63,969 bases of DNA, taken from Rhynchobatus australiae (lineage: Eukaryota). Within the stretch, counting starts at the first letter, position 1. Every line of letters starts with the position of its first letter. Below, piece by piece: positions 1 through 12,705 of this stretch. Under the pieces are notes generated by a model. That model was not told the DNA's origin and made no database searches. It worked only from the letters and a program-made list of their open reading frames with translations. The stretch lies in assembly GCA_034780895.1 (NCBI GenBank), contig JAUZTB010000135.1, forward strand, positions 85,977,930 to 86,041,898. The letters run 5' to 3'. The translations under genes and the position numbers were made by a program.

Positions 1-262
1 CACATTACTACCATCGGGGAGGAGGTACAGGAGCCTGAAGACCCACACTCAATGTTTCAGGAACAGCTTCTTCCCCTGCACCATCATATTTCTGAATGGT
101 TTGTGAACCCATGAACACTACCTCGTTGTTTCTCTTTTGCACTTTTATTTAGTTATTTTTTTGGGTAACATAGTAATTTTTATGTCTTGCATTATACTGC
201 TGCCGCAAAACAACAAGTTTCACGACATATATCAGTGATAATAAGCCTGATTCTGAATCTGA
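1..262 (+). mobile_element. Rex1/Babar-type LINE 3' end
   Basis: Translates LLPSGRRYRSLKTHTQCFRNSFFP, the typical Rex1/Babar ORF2 C-terminus, followed by a 3' UTR ending in TTCTGA-like repeats. Confidence 0.8.
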
Positions 263-767
263 TGGAAGCAAATATTAAGAAGAGCACTTGTTGGAGGATC
301 CACCTGAGAGATGTCATGTGCCTTGGAGTTCCAGTCAGCAGTTCAGCTGAGGTTGGACCCCTTTAACATACTGACTCAGGCCTTCTGCACTGGTCAATAT
401 AATAATATATCAGTATATTAATATGTACTAATTATATGTCATCACATATAATTGTATGTTTATATAATTTAATTTTAAATAACATATATAGATAAGATAT
501 CCTCTAGTGTCCAATTTTGTAGGGCTTGTATGTACAGAAACCTTCATGCAAATGACATCAAAGTCATCATTTTTTGTTACTGCATGTGCATGTTGGATGC
601 ACATTGAAGACACAGAATAAATTTCAGGCAGGATGCTACCCATGAACAAAGTACTTAGTCACAATTGCTGGGTCACAGTATCATGTAACACAGGAGATCT
701 GATTGCTTCTTCCACTCAATGACCTTAACTGGGAAAATTTCTGATTTAACCATATCATGATCACATG

Positions 768-1063
768 TAAGATAAGATAAGATTTCTTTATTAGTCACAT
801 GTACATTGAAACACGTAGTGAAATGCATCTTTTTTGCGTGGAATATTCTGGGGGCAGCCTGCAAGTGTCGCCACACTTCCGGCACCAACATAGCACGCCC
901 ACAACTTCCTAACCTGTATGTCTTTGGAAGGTGGGAGGAATCCGGAGCACCCAGAGGAAACCCATGCAGACACGGGGAGAACATACAAATTCCTTACACA
1001 CAGCGGCCGGAATTGAACCCGGGTCACTGGCGCTGTAAAGCGTTACACTAACCGCTACACTAC
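768..1063 (-). mobile_element. tRNA-derived V-domain SINE (young family)
   Basis: Minus strand: tRNA-like head with GGTTCAATTCC B box, V-domain core (GTTCTCCCCGTGTCTGC..GGGTTTCC..GGGTGCTCCGG) and (TCTTA)n tail; highly similar copies elsewhere in the window. Confidence 0.9.
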
Positions 1064-2317
1064 TTTTCCCAGAACAACAGGAGTTTGCCGTGACTAAGTG
1101 AGGAGGAGATGAGGCCGATTCCCTAAAATGCCAAAAAGTTGACATGAACTGAGTGAAACCACGGATACCAGAAGCAGGGACCAGCCAAGATTAAATCATC
1201 TTGTTTAGCCTCAAGACCACCCACCACACTTGGCAACTAAAAACTTTGTAAACAAGATTGGACCTGTTATCAAAAAGGTTAATGTACTTGATGAAGCGAA
1301 TAGAAATGCTCCTGGGTCAAAATAAAAAGGGAGAAAAAGTGCTTCTGTTCACATAGNNNNNNNNNNNNNNNNNNNNNNNNNNNNNNNNNNNNNNNNNNNN
1401 NNNNNNNNNNNNNNNNNNNNNNNNNNNNNNNNNNNNNNNNNNNNNNNNNNNNNNNNNNNNNNNNNNNNNNNNNNNNNNNNNNNNNNNNNNNNNNNNNNNN
1501 NNNNNNNNNNNNNNNNNNNNNNNNNNNNNNNNNNNNNNNNNNNNNNNNNNNNNNNNNNNNNNNNGGGAGGCTTCCTACTTTTCTTCCATGGGAGCTCTTG
1601 CATCCACAAGCAGGAGATGGGCCACTGAAGTATCAAAATATATCATACACCCAGCCTTTTCTCTAACTGACAGAAGCATAAGAATGATGTTACAGCAAAA
1701 CTTGACAGCAGTGTTCAATTATGCTGCATGTTCCAAACACCATCATCTTTGCTTGTTTCTCAGATCCTTTGCATGGTTAACTTATAAACAATGGGAGAGT
1801 AATTCATCCTTTATTGGTTTAAAGACCTATAAATGCCACTCCAAGTTATTGACAGTAACACCATTGAGAACATTTTAATACAGCAACTTTGTAGAAGAGC
1901 TTAAATTACAAATTTGCCTAGCCAAATCAGCTTTGACGCTGATTAAGCCAATTCAGATCAAAGAGGTAGAATAATATTAAAACTTCTTAGTGCAGGAATT
2001 GCCTTGATGGGATCCTTGACTTATGACCCCATCAATTTTCTGCAGTTGGTAAAAGATACTCCCATTAAAATATTCCTGCGCACCTCCAGGAATATCACAG
2101 AGCTACAGACATAAAAACTTACATCAGGCCATACGAATGGGGGCCAGGAGGAGGGCACTTGGCCTCTCGGCCTTGCTCTGCTGTTTAATAAGATCACGGC
2201 TGATCTAAATGTAACCTCAACTCTGCATTCCTGTTGAACCTCAGTTACCTTTCACACCTTTACCTATCAAGTCTCTTATCATTGACGAAGGCCATTGGAA
2301 GCAAAGCCTTAAAAGTA

Positions 2318-2520
2318 TTCAGGTTCAAGTTCAAGTTTATTGTTGTCGTAGGCACACATATCCAGGGTATAAATGCCATGATAATTAGCTTTACACAGCA
2401 GCAGCACAGTACATTACAAGATGAGGACAAGCATAAATTAACATAAACTTAATTAACATGAATTTATACATAATTTGCACATGTGCAAAATAAACAACAA
2501 AATAAACAATGATACTAGTG
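2318..2520 (-). mobile_element. Rex1/Babar-like LINE 3' tail
   Basis: (TTCAAG)n-TTTATTG reverse tail like other Rex-type tails in the window. Confidence 0.5.
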
Positions 2521-2527
2521 CTAGATT

Positions 2528-2553
2528 GAGAGCGAGAGAGAGAGAGAGAGAGA
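2528..2553. repeat. (GA)n microsatellite
   Basis: Direct observation. Confidence 0.9.
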
Positions 2554-2594
2554 AGAAATAGTCTGAGATAGTGTTAAGAAAAAAATATAGACCA

Positions 2595-3552
2595 AGGTAG
2601 TGACCCTCCAAAAGAAAGACTTCCACTGGGCTTTGTCAATGATATGGAAATAGGTGGGAGACCATGTTGTGGTGAAGACATTGTGATTCTGCAACAGGAT
2701 GCCGATAGATGGAGTGATTGGGCTAAAATCTGGCAAATGTAGTTTAACTCAAGGTAGTGTGAGGTCATGGACTTCGCTAAGAGGAATCAAAAGGCGGATT
2801 ATTATCTAAATGGAGAGGAACTGCAAGTGAGTGAAGTTCAGAGGGATTTAGGTGTTCTGGTGCATCAATCACAAGAAGTTATTAGGCAAGTCCCACAATT
2901 AGATTAGAAGGCAAATGGTAAGTTGGCCTTTATTGTGACGGGGTTGGAGTTTAAGAATAGAGAAGTTTTGTTACCATTGTACAGGGTGTTGGTGAGACAA
3001 CACCTGGAATATTATGCAGTTTTGGTTCCTTTTCCTATAAAAGAATATAATAACATTGAAGGCAGTCCAAAGGAGACTCACCAGGTTAACTCCTGGGATG
3101 AGAGTGTGGTCCTAGCAAGAGAGTCCAGACAGTTTGGGTCTGTATTCTTTGGAGTTTAGAAGAATGAGTTTAGAAGAAAGAACCTTATTCGAGCATATAA
3201 GNNNNNNNNNNNNNNNNNNNNNNNNNNNNTTCACTAGTGGGAAAGTCACAAGCAAGGAGACTCAGCTACAAGATAAGGGGCTGGTCATTTAAAATTCAGG
3301 GGAACAGAAGTTTCTTCTCTCAAAGGGTAGTAAGTCTCTGGAATTCTCTGACCCCCACCACCCCCAAGGATGGTGGAGTCCAGATCATCAGGTATATTTA
3401 AGCTGAAGGTAGATAAATATTTGAAAGATCAAGGAATTGAGGGATATGGAAATTGGCAGAGTTGAGGCCAGCATAGATCAGTCACAATCATATCGAATGA
3501 GGGAGCAGGTTTGAGGGATCCAGTGGCTTATTCCTGCTCCTGTGTTCTTGTG
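2595..3552 (+). mobile_element. CR1 LINE 3' fragment (RT C-terminus + 3' UTR)
   Basis: ORF 2923-3159 AFIVTGLEFKNREVLLPLYRVLVRQHLEY matches CR1 ORF2; ends in a CCTGCTCC-type tail. Confidence 0.85.
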
Positions 3553-4489
3553 CTATTGTGAAGAGAGTTTGAACCCCTCTAAAAGAACAAAAAAATCGTG
3601 TCAGCCTGGTATTAAATGGATAATCCTTTATTTTTTAAAGGTGACCCATAGTTCTAGTTCCTCCCACAAGAGGTAATGGCCTCTCCACATTCACCCATTC
3701 AAGATTCGTCAATATCTTACATGTTTCAATCAAGTCCTCGTTCACTTTCTAAGTGCCAGCAGATATAAAAATATTCCAGTGCACCTCCGGGAACATCACA
3801 GAGCTACAAACATACAAACTTACATACGGACATATGGATTAGGGCCAGGAGCAGGTCATTTGGCCTCTTGGCCTTGCTCTGCCATTTAATAAGCTCAGCC
3901 TATGCAACCTTTCCTCATAAGACATAAAACCTGCCCATTTCAGCAAAAATCTGAATTGCTTCTAACACGTATACATCCCACTATAAATAAAGAGCCCAAG
4001 ACTATACACAACACTCTAGATGTGGTCTCGCCCTAGATAACCAAAGTATAGTTTCCTAAATCTGTATTAAATTCCACCAACAATAAACAAAATTATTCTG
4101 TTATCTCTCCAGGTTATTTGCTGGACCTGCATTATAGCCAAAGATGGATAGGAAAGACTGGACCCCATCCAGAGAATACATATTAAAAATTGATTAGCAT
4201 TGCATATATTTTCACAAATGTGATGCTGCTGTGTATTTTCAGAAGGCAATTTTAAAGGAACATAAATTGGTGGTCTAATTTGAAAAGTAATTAACTAAAC
4301 ATTGGGTGGGGCAAGGCAGCTGGGTAGGGTTAACTGACTCTTCCCAATATTTCAAATGACTGATTTTAGTAAGTGTTGCGCACAGCATCCTGCATACTGT
4401 GCAAAACACTATGAAGATACATTTAAATGATTTACATTAAAGAATAATCTTGTACTGCATCCTTGAAAGATCGCTGGCCAGTGGGATCA

Positions 4490-5530
4490 CCCAAACAGAT
4501 TAGAGAACAAGGTGGCAATATCCAGATTATTTCCATTGCGAGTTGGTGCAGGGGGAATTGAAAAGTTAATCACTCAATTTACGATTTATATTAGTGACCC
4601 GGAGGAGAACACAGAAAGTTAGGTGTCGAAGTTTGCCGTTCACACAAAAGTAGATGAGGGGACATGTTGCGGTGAGGATATTTGGATTCTGCAAGAGGAT
4701 GTGGATTGATTAGTGAGTGGGAGAAAACTTTGCAGGTGGAGTTTTATGTAGGAAAATGTAAGGTCATGTCCTTCAGTAAGAGGAAGCTAAAGGCAGACTA
4801 ATATTTAAACAGAGGAAGGTTGCTGCTGGGCATGGTACGAAGGGATCTAGGTGTTCTTGTGCATGAACTGCAAAAGGCTAGCAGGAAGGTGCAGCAGGTG
4901 GTTAGGAAGTGAAGGGGAACATTGGCCTTTGTGGCAAGGAAGTTGGAGTTTAGAAATTGGGAAGTATTGTACAGAGTNNNNNNNNNNNNNNNNNNNNNNN
5001 NNNNNNNNNNNNNNNNNNNNNNNNNNNNNNNNNNNNNNNNNNNNNNNNNNNNNNNNNNNNNNNNNNNNNNNNNNNNNNNNNNNNNNNNNNNNNNNNNNNN
5101 NNNNNNNNNNNNNNNNNNNNNNNNNNNNNNNNNNNNNNNNNNNNNNNNNNNNNNNNNNNNNNNNNNNNNNNNNNNNNNNNNNNNNNNNNNNNNNNNNNNN
5201 NNNNNNNNNNNNNNNNNNNNNNNNNNNNNNNNNNNNNNNNNNNNNNNNNNNNNNNNNNNNNNNGAAGTATCCTGACTCCAGTCTTGTATCGGTGTGCTGC
5301 ATTTGGGTTCTCTGCAAGTTTGCTCAACATTGTGACAGGGGTTTGTGGAAGTTAGATCATGGGGGTAGCTAAAAAGGAAGTAGTTAAAATTGTGCAAGAT
5401 CAGGGAATTGTGGACTATGTAAAACTGGCACAGAAGAGGAGTTGAGCAGATCAGCCATGATCATATTGAATGGCGGAGTAAGTTCGAGCAGTTCAGTGGG
5501 CCTCCTCCTGCTCCTATTTTCCGATGTTCT
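4490..5530 (+). mobile_element. CR1 LINE fragment (spans a gap)
   Basis: Degenerate SKFA(DD)TK, DLGVLV and AFVARKLEFRNWEVLY motifs plus CR1 tail. Confidence 0.8.
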
Positions 5531-8024
5531 TATCTCTCAAGTCCTGAGGATATCCCAACGTACTTCCCAAAAATAGTCCCTGCCTGCCCCAGGCTATGCT
5601 GTTCCTTTCTGCATAGTCTCCAGTGCAGTCTTCCCCTGGGGCCTGGATCCAGCAGTTCAGCATGACCCTGTGCAATGAATGTATGGGCTGACTCAGCACA
5701 GAGAGACAGCTCACTCAAAGAACCATGCTGACAGCTGTTGTGTCTCGACCCTCTCCGTGGCCCCCTTCCTCCCAAGAAAAGCCATCAATGTGACAGGGCC
5801 ATTGAATGTTTGTGAACATTTCTGACATTTGCAAACTTCAGTAACACTTGGAGCACATTAAAAAAGAGTAGGAAATAAAATTACTTTTTTTTTAACATTT
5901 CAGGCACCATATTCACACACTAAAATATAATTTAAATCATCACTAAGTTAAATAAACAATATAAAACCACAACTACTTATTATTCTCCCAGCAGCCAACA
6001 TCTCCCATTCATCTGAATGGGACCTTGTGCGCTTGCACTATATTTAATCCAACACAGCCTCGTTGGGAGGTCTGACAGCTGGGATGCTTGCAGAAGATGC
6101 CACTGCCCCATTGGAGGACCGCACCAGTTCAGCTGCAGCCAATGGTAGCCTTTCCAATTTATGCCAATGCCATGCAGGAAACCAGGACTTTCACTGGGAT
6201 AAGTATAAGGGCCCAGTATAAGTGTCGTCATCTGGGTGGAAGGTTTGAGCCAAAATGCTTGCAGTGTAAAAACTGTTGTGACAATTAGAAACTTGGTGCC
6301 AATCAGCACAAAGCTAAGTGGTACAAACAACAGTGGGATAAATGGCCAGTGAAAATACTTTGTGACTGGATCAATGCAACAGAATTCCTCAGTACTTTGT
6401 TGCTGTATCAAATTAGATTTTACATTCCAACTCTCCAGACCTCATAATCTTCTGACTTGAAGTTAGATGTAGTCCCACTGAACTGAGCTGACACCCTGTA
6501 ATAAGACAAGAGAGTTAAACTTGCAGCCTGAAAAATGGCATTGATTTCAGATATTAGTGAGGCCTATGTGACAAGTAAGTGGTTGTTCAGTGACAGATTG
6601 GCAAGTGCTGAGGCAAAACTGGGACAGCAGTCTTCAACTAGCACGATAATTCATTCTGAGGGAGGGATTAAAACAACATGACAGGGAAAGGGATCAGATA
6701 AAATGAGGCAGTAGATATGAAAGCATCAATGGTAAGAAGTGTAGAAAAGATAACAGCAGAAACTCAGGAAGTAATAAAGTATTGATCAGAAAGTATAATT
6801 GTCAAAACAGATAGATAAATTGCAATGGCACTAAGCTATATAAATCTCTAAAATACATTACGAATAGAAATGGTGTCAGAGACTATCAGATTGGTTGTCA
6901 AATAGCATACTGTAGGCAGAATGCTCAGAACACCCACCTTTCACAGTGATTGAGTGGCCCAGATAAATTTCAGATTTGGGTCTCATTAGCACTGACTTGG
7001 TGAGATGAAGCTCCAAAAAGGGTANNNNNNNNNNNNNNNNNNNNNNNNNNNNNNNNNNNNNNNNNNNNNNNNNNNNNNNNNNNNNNNNNNNNNNNNNNNN
7101 NNNNNNNNNNNNNNNNNNNNNNNNNNNNNNNNNNNNNNNNNNNNNNNNNNNNNNNNNNNNNNNNNNNNNNNNNNNNNNNNNNNNNNNNNNNNNNNNNNNN
7201 NNNNNNNNNNNNNNNNNNNNNNNNNNNNNNNNNNNNNNNNNNNNNNNNNNNNNNNNNNNNNNNNNNNNNNNNTCTCTCACTTTCTCCTGAACATTGCACT
7301 AGAGTCTGACAACTTTCACTGAACCTGTTTTGAATATTTAGATGCCTCTCCTTACTTTGGATTGGAATGCTGGATGCCTCTTTACAAGAGTGCAAACAGA
7401 CACATAGCATTTTCAATTGCCTGTCACACCTTTTTTGGACAGGAAGCATATGACTGAGGGTTAAGTGGAAGATACAAAATCCTATAGAAAGGGCGTGATA
7501 TAAAAAATTATGACGGAGATAAGGGCCGGCATGTGAACTAAACATTCCAGCTTGTAAAATATTCCAAAGGGAGGAATAAAAGGAAGTATTAATCAGAGAT
7601 CGCATCACAGGCCTGGAAAGTAAAGATGTTACAAGGAATGGTGCAAAAACTCAAACAATTATGACAGAGTTCGCAAATAAGAGCTGCGACTCTATTGGGA
7701 GTTTAATATAAACGGTCAAATGGGAGAAAAAAATGTATATATAGGTGAAACAAGGCTATGATGATGGATTAAATTATTTATTTAAAGTTGGACTGGGGTA
7801 AAAATATCGTCACACAGGGCAGGCATGCTTATGAAGTATTCAGGTCTGTCACTGGAAGGGAAATTCTTCTTAAGGAGGAGAGGAATCATATTTGCAAAAC
7901 TGAAATGGTAACCTATTTTTCTTTTCCATTGGAGGCAGTGGGGATATACATTACAGTGGGAAGACTCTAATGCCATCAATTTGGCAACAGCCAATTTATC
8001 AAAGAAAAGATTGATTTCACCATG

Positions 8025-9350
8025 AGCAACACACAAAGGGGCTGGAGAAACTCAGCAGGTCAAGCAGCATCTGTGGAGGGAAATGGATAGTCTGTAGCGG
8101 AAGGCCCGGTACTGAAAGAAAAACACGGAGGCCGAGATTGCGGAGCTCAAACTCTTTACTCTCACCAGAGAAAATCGCGCGAGAAGCTCTCTACCCGAGA
8201 GCAGCTGCGGTCTCGCGGGGCGGACGTGATGTCTGACAGTTACCGGAAGGCCCGCCCCGAACTGGTAATTCAAAACACGTCCACCCACGGCTCCCGATGG
8301 CGGTTCGAGTCCCGCGTGTGTGGGCCGCCACAAGTCAACGTTTTGGGTCCAGAATCTTCATCAGGACTGAGAAGAAAGAGGGGAGATAACCAGTATAAAG
8401 AAGTGGGGGGAAGGGGTGGAGAAAGAGCTGGCGGGTGATAGGTGGACCCAGGCAAGAGGGGGTGAGAGGCCGGTGAGGGAGGGGGAGACTGGAAATGATG
8501 TAAGAAACTGGGGGGTGATAGGTGGAAGTGACAAAGGGCTGAAGAAGATGGAATCTGATAGGGACAGTGGACCATGGAGAAAAGGGAAGGGAGTGGAGAG
8601 GGGAACCGGTGGGTGATGGGCAGATGGAGAGGGTGGGGGAGAGGTAGGAGATAGGGTGATGGGGGCTGGAGGGATCAGGANNNNNNNNNNNNNNNNNNNN
8701 NNNNNNNNNNNNNNNNNNNNNNNNNNNNNNNNNNNNNNNNNNNNNNNNNNNNNNNNNNNNNNNNNNNNNNNNNNNNNNNNNNNNNNNNNNNNNNNNNNNN
8801 NNNNNNNNNNNNNNNNNNNNNNNNNNNNNNNNNNNNNNNNNNNNNNNNNNNNNNNNNNNNNNNNNNNNNNNNNNNNNNNNNNNNNNNNNNNNNNNNNNNN
8901 NNNNNNNNNNNNNNNNNNNNNNNNNNNNNNNNNNNNNNNNNNNNNNNNNNNNNNNNNNNNNNNNNNNNNNNNNNNNNNNNNNNNNNNNNNNNNNNNNNNN
9001 NNNNNNNNNNNNNNNNNNNNNNNNNNNNNNNNNNNNNNNNNNNNNNNNNNNNNNNNNNNNNNNNNNNNNNNNNNNNNNNNNNNNNNNNNNNNNNNNNNNN
9101 NNNNNNNNNNNNNNNNNNNNNNNNNNNNNNNGAGGGGGGAACGGTAGGTAGGTGGGGGAGGGGGGGAGCAAGAGGGAATGATGTGAGAAGCTGGGAGGTG
9201 ATAGGTGGAACTGGCAAAGGGCTGGAGAAGATGGAATCAGATAGGAGAGGGCAGTGGACCATGAAATAAAGGAGATGGGGAACCAGAGGGAGGAAAGTGT
9301 GGTTGATGGGCAGGGGTCGTGAGGGCAGGGGAGGGGAAAGTGAAATGGGC
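8025..9350 (-). mobile_element. Penelope-like element terminal region(s), purine-rich on +
   Basis: Similar to the terminus attached to the GIY-YIG ORF at 47800-48200; carries a hammerhead-like core at 8333-8369. Confidence 0.7.
8093..8332 (-). mobile_element. Solo LTR (Gypsy-like), 240 bp
   Basis: TGTAGCGG...CCGCCACA inverted termini, exact 4-bp TSD AGTC (8089-8092, 8333-8336), AGTAAA polyA-like signal on minus strand, CpG-rich. Confidence 0.85.
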
Positions 9351-9967
9351 AAAGGATAAAAGAAAAGAGATTGCTCTACCAGGAGCTAGAAAAGGCAATG
9401 ATGAGCTAAATGGCCTCTTTCTGTACCATAACAATTCCCTAAGGAACTTAGGAGAAGAGTAATAACATACAAATACAAAACAACAATGGTAAATCTACTT
9501 AGTTCATCGATTGTGTTGAATTGCATCTGCAATATAGTTGGAGTGCAGAATTTCAGGCAAAAAAAAGAGGAAGGAAATGGATTAGTGATGGGATAAACTG
9601 GACCTTCATCTCCTTTCTATTACTCTAGTTAAGTGTAGACATAAAGATGAAACGGGGGAGGGAGACTAGCCTTTCCCTGAGTTGGATAATTACCTGAAAG
9701 GAAATTTTAAAGGGTAAAGGGAAGGGAAACAGGCCATCTGCATATTCATTCAGAGGGGGTGCACACCCATTTAATTTGCTTCTCTCTGTTGGAAACCCTG
9801 GACCACAGCTCTGCTTCTCAACATCAGGACATCAGGCTGTAACACTCTTCAGAATAATGATGCCATGTTCACTCAGTGGGAAGGGTACATCCATGGATGA
9901 CTATCAGTTTGTACATGTGTAGGCACAACATGAGCAGCCTAACGACGGCCTACCAAAGCCTGGGAAG

Positions 9968-10089
9968 AAGATAAGATTTCTTTATTATTCACATGTACAT
10001 CAAAGCACACAGTGAAATGCATCTTTGTGTAGCATGTTCTGGGGGCAGCCCGCAAGTGTTGCCACGCTTCCGGCGCCAACACAGCACGC
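9968..10089 (-). mobile_element. V-domain SINE 3' part (truncated by gap)
   Basis: Matches the tail of 768-1063. Confidence 0.85.
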
Positions 10090-10959
10090 NNNNNNNNNNN
10101 NNNNNNNNNNNNNNNNNNNNNNNNNNNNNNNNNNNNNNNNNNNNNNNNNNNNNNNNNNNNNNNNNNNNNNNNNNNNNNNNNNNNNNNNNATGTTTTATCA
10201 ATTTTTAAATAAATTGTTTTTCACATATATACCAGATTGAAATATTTGGATTCTGTATTACTCAAAATCTCACAAGGCTGCTTACTATGGATGATTGTGA
10301 AAAATACCTCTTTGTAAATTGTTAAATGAGATTATTCAGGAAACTAGTGAAAATTATAAGTACTTTTCATTTTACCCCAAATAATGCTATTCTTTGTCCA
10401 TTGAGACATGCAACCTATTTGGAACTGGGTGGAGAGGGACAGGTAAAGGGACATTAGATATTTGAGTCATAGGAGGAAATTAATAGCAAACTGTCAGATA
10501 TAATAGAACATTTCCATAACACAACAGAAACAAATGTAATTCAAAAAATGAAAAATGGAGCAATATCTGAAAAAATACTGCAGAGAAACTACATTGGAAA
10601 CAAAGAAACAGAGTTTCTATCCATTAACTTATACGGTGTGAGCTGATTTAGTACAGTACAACAATCCAGAGGCTGAGCAGAATTGTAGATGCAGGGGCAA
10701 ATCTGCAACGGGTCAGACTGGCAGAAAGCGATCGGACACAAATATTTAAACTGGACAGTTTGAAATATCAGCATTCTAAATGTTTCCCAACTAAAGCGGT
10801 GATTTAATGTTAGTATTTACCTATTAATGTTCACGACAAATTTTGTTGGCAATTAAACAAGGAAACTTCTTTTGTCAGCCAAGAATAATTTCTGTCATTG
10901 AATTTCAGCATGTATCAAAGAAGACAACTGCAGAAAGAGAACTAATATAAAATCTAAAT

Positions 10960-11325
10960 GAGCCGGTTACTTTCATGCCATACAAGCGCCAGGCAATGAC
11001 CATTTCCAACAAGAGGGACTAACTAACTACCCTTGACAATCAATGGCATTACCATGGCTGAGCCTCCTGCAATTGATATTCTGGGATCACCAATTGACCA
11101 GAAATTCAAATGAGTCAGTCTAATAAGTACAGTGACTACACGAGCAGGTCAAATGTTAGATATTCTGTGGCATGTGACTCACATTCTGACACCCCAATAC
11201 ACCCCCGCCTTTTACAAGGAACGAGTCTGGAGTGATTAATCACTGGTGTGATTAAGTTCTCTCCATATGCCTGAATGAATGGAGCACCAGCAACTCCGAA
11301 GACGCGAACCACCATCCAGATTAGA
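10960..11325 (+). mobile_element. Second CR1-group LINE family, decayed RT C-terminus
   Basis: Frame-shifted remnants TFMPYK.QAMTISNKR, NGITMAE, IDILG, TTRAGQMLDIL. Confidence 0.7.
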
Positions 11326-11329
11326 TCAA

Positions 11330-11416
11330 GTGAACCCGAAAAAAGTCGACCGTCTATTTCCCTCTGTAGATGTTGCCTGACCTGCTGAGCTCTTCCAGCG
11401 CTTTGTGTGTTGCTTC
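11330..11416 (+). mobile_element. PLE-terminus fragment
   Basis: AGATGTTGCCTGACCTGCTGAG..TCCAGC arm shared with other copies. Confidence 0.7.
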
Positions 11417-11449
11417 ATGAGGCTAAATCCAGGAAACTGCTCCCGAGAA

Positions 11450-12420
11450 GTACCATGGTAATATCTATGCAAGGAGACTACTGATAGAGAACCGTTTTCT
11501 TTAACGAATTTAATGTTGTTAAATAAAATAGCTCACCATCACATTTTCAATGACAATAATAATGGGCATTAAATTCTGGACTTTTCAGCGAAACGATTCT
11601 GAACTTTTCAGTCAGATAAACGATTTTTCTTTAAAATTGACGGGAATAATTAATGAATACATTGTAATTTTATTTTAGGTAATGAAGGAGTAATGGATTA
11701 ACGGCTGGTATTTAATTACTTTCTCTACTATAACGGAATTGGCGATCTGCAGCTTCCCAACACCAAAAGAAAATTCTGCACATAAACGTAAAGAAAAACT
11801 CACCGCGAATGCAGATGTAAATGGTTCAACTGTAAGAAGCTAAGGTTATAAACATGTTTCGCTGTTGTGGAATACAAATGAATGTAGTTTCAAAGTAATG
11901 TTCATTATCATTCATTGCAGCCATTTTAAGCACTGATGAGCTGTAATCGCATGTGCGATTCTGGGAAATGAATTGATCATTTTCACCTCAGGAGATAATA
12001 TGGTAGAAATTGGTAGCTGGCCTAATCAATAGCCGATGTTTACAATGCGGAAAGCAATGACAGCGATTCCAATTTTATAGAAGCTGGAAGTTAAAAGAAA
12101 CATCTGCTCTCGCTCTTTACAACAACTTTCAAAAGGGCACAATGTGTTGCTGTTCTTTGCAATAATTTGTCCATAAATAATGCCTTGTAAGGGAATGCTA
12201 ATAATTGAAATTAAAAAAAGAATATCGCTTCGTTTACTTAAACCATTTGTCCTTTAAAATCCATCAATGGGTCGACGTCTATTATTTACTGTGACTTACA
12301 CCTGCATTGGCACAAAATCGAAAAAGAAATCACAGGCAAGAAACCATGAGAGAAATGCGTCATTCCATAATTACTTGTCACTGACTGCCCTGAAGGACAG
12401 GAGCATAACACGAAGATGCA
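11450..12420. promoter_or_regulatory. CpG-retaining AT-rich segment, candidate promoter/enhancer
   Basis: Visibly more CpGs than other non-repeat DNA here; GCCATTTT (YY1-like), TTCTGGGAA (STAT-like), TAATCAAT, TGTTTAC (Fox-like) and ACAATG (Sox-like) motifs within ~11915-12180. Confidence 0.35.
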
Positions 12421-12427
12421 TATCCAT

Positions 12428-12705
12428 AAGCGATAAGATGTCTTTATTAGTCACATGTACATCGAAACACACAGTAAAATGTATCTTTTGCGTAGAGTGT
12501 TCTGAGGGGCAGCCCGTAAGTGTCGCCACGCTTCCGGTGTCAACAGAGCACGACCACAACTTCCTAACCCGTACGTCTTGGAATGTGGGAGGAAACCGGA
12601 GCACCCGGAGGAAACCCACGCAGACACGGGGAGAATGTACAAAATCCTTACGGACAGCGGCCGGAATTAAAGCTGGGTCGCTGGCACTGTAATAGCGTTA
12701 CGCTG
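12428..12705 (-). mobile_element. V-domain SINE
   Basis: Near full-length copy of the 768-1063 family. Confidence 0.9.

Larger units (their letters stand above)
2135..4140 (-). mobile_element. Old CR1 3' fragment split by nested insertions (pieces ~2135-2310 and ~3560-4140)
   Basis: Reverse-complement CR1 3' UTR and RT C-terminal sequence resumes after the nested elements. Confidence 0.6.

Noticed and set aside
5514-5714. Minus-strand PIHSLHRVMLNCWIQAP resembling tyrosine-kinase subdomain XI
   Set aside because: The invariant RP.F motif is missing, and there are no other kinase exons or convincing splice sites
8052-8438. GC-rich ORFs and a possible tRNA gene
   Set aside because: Explained by the solo LTR and PLE; no cloverleaf or A box
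11925-11990. CTGATGA..hairpin..GAAATGA/TCAT hammerhead-like arrangement in unique DNA
   Set aside because: The stem II closing pair is G-G and stem I does not pair; likely chance
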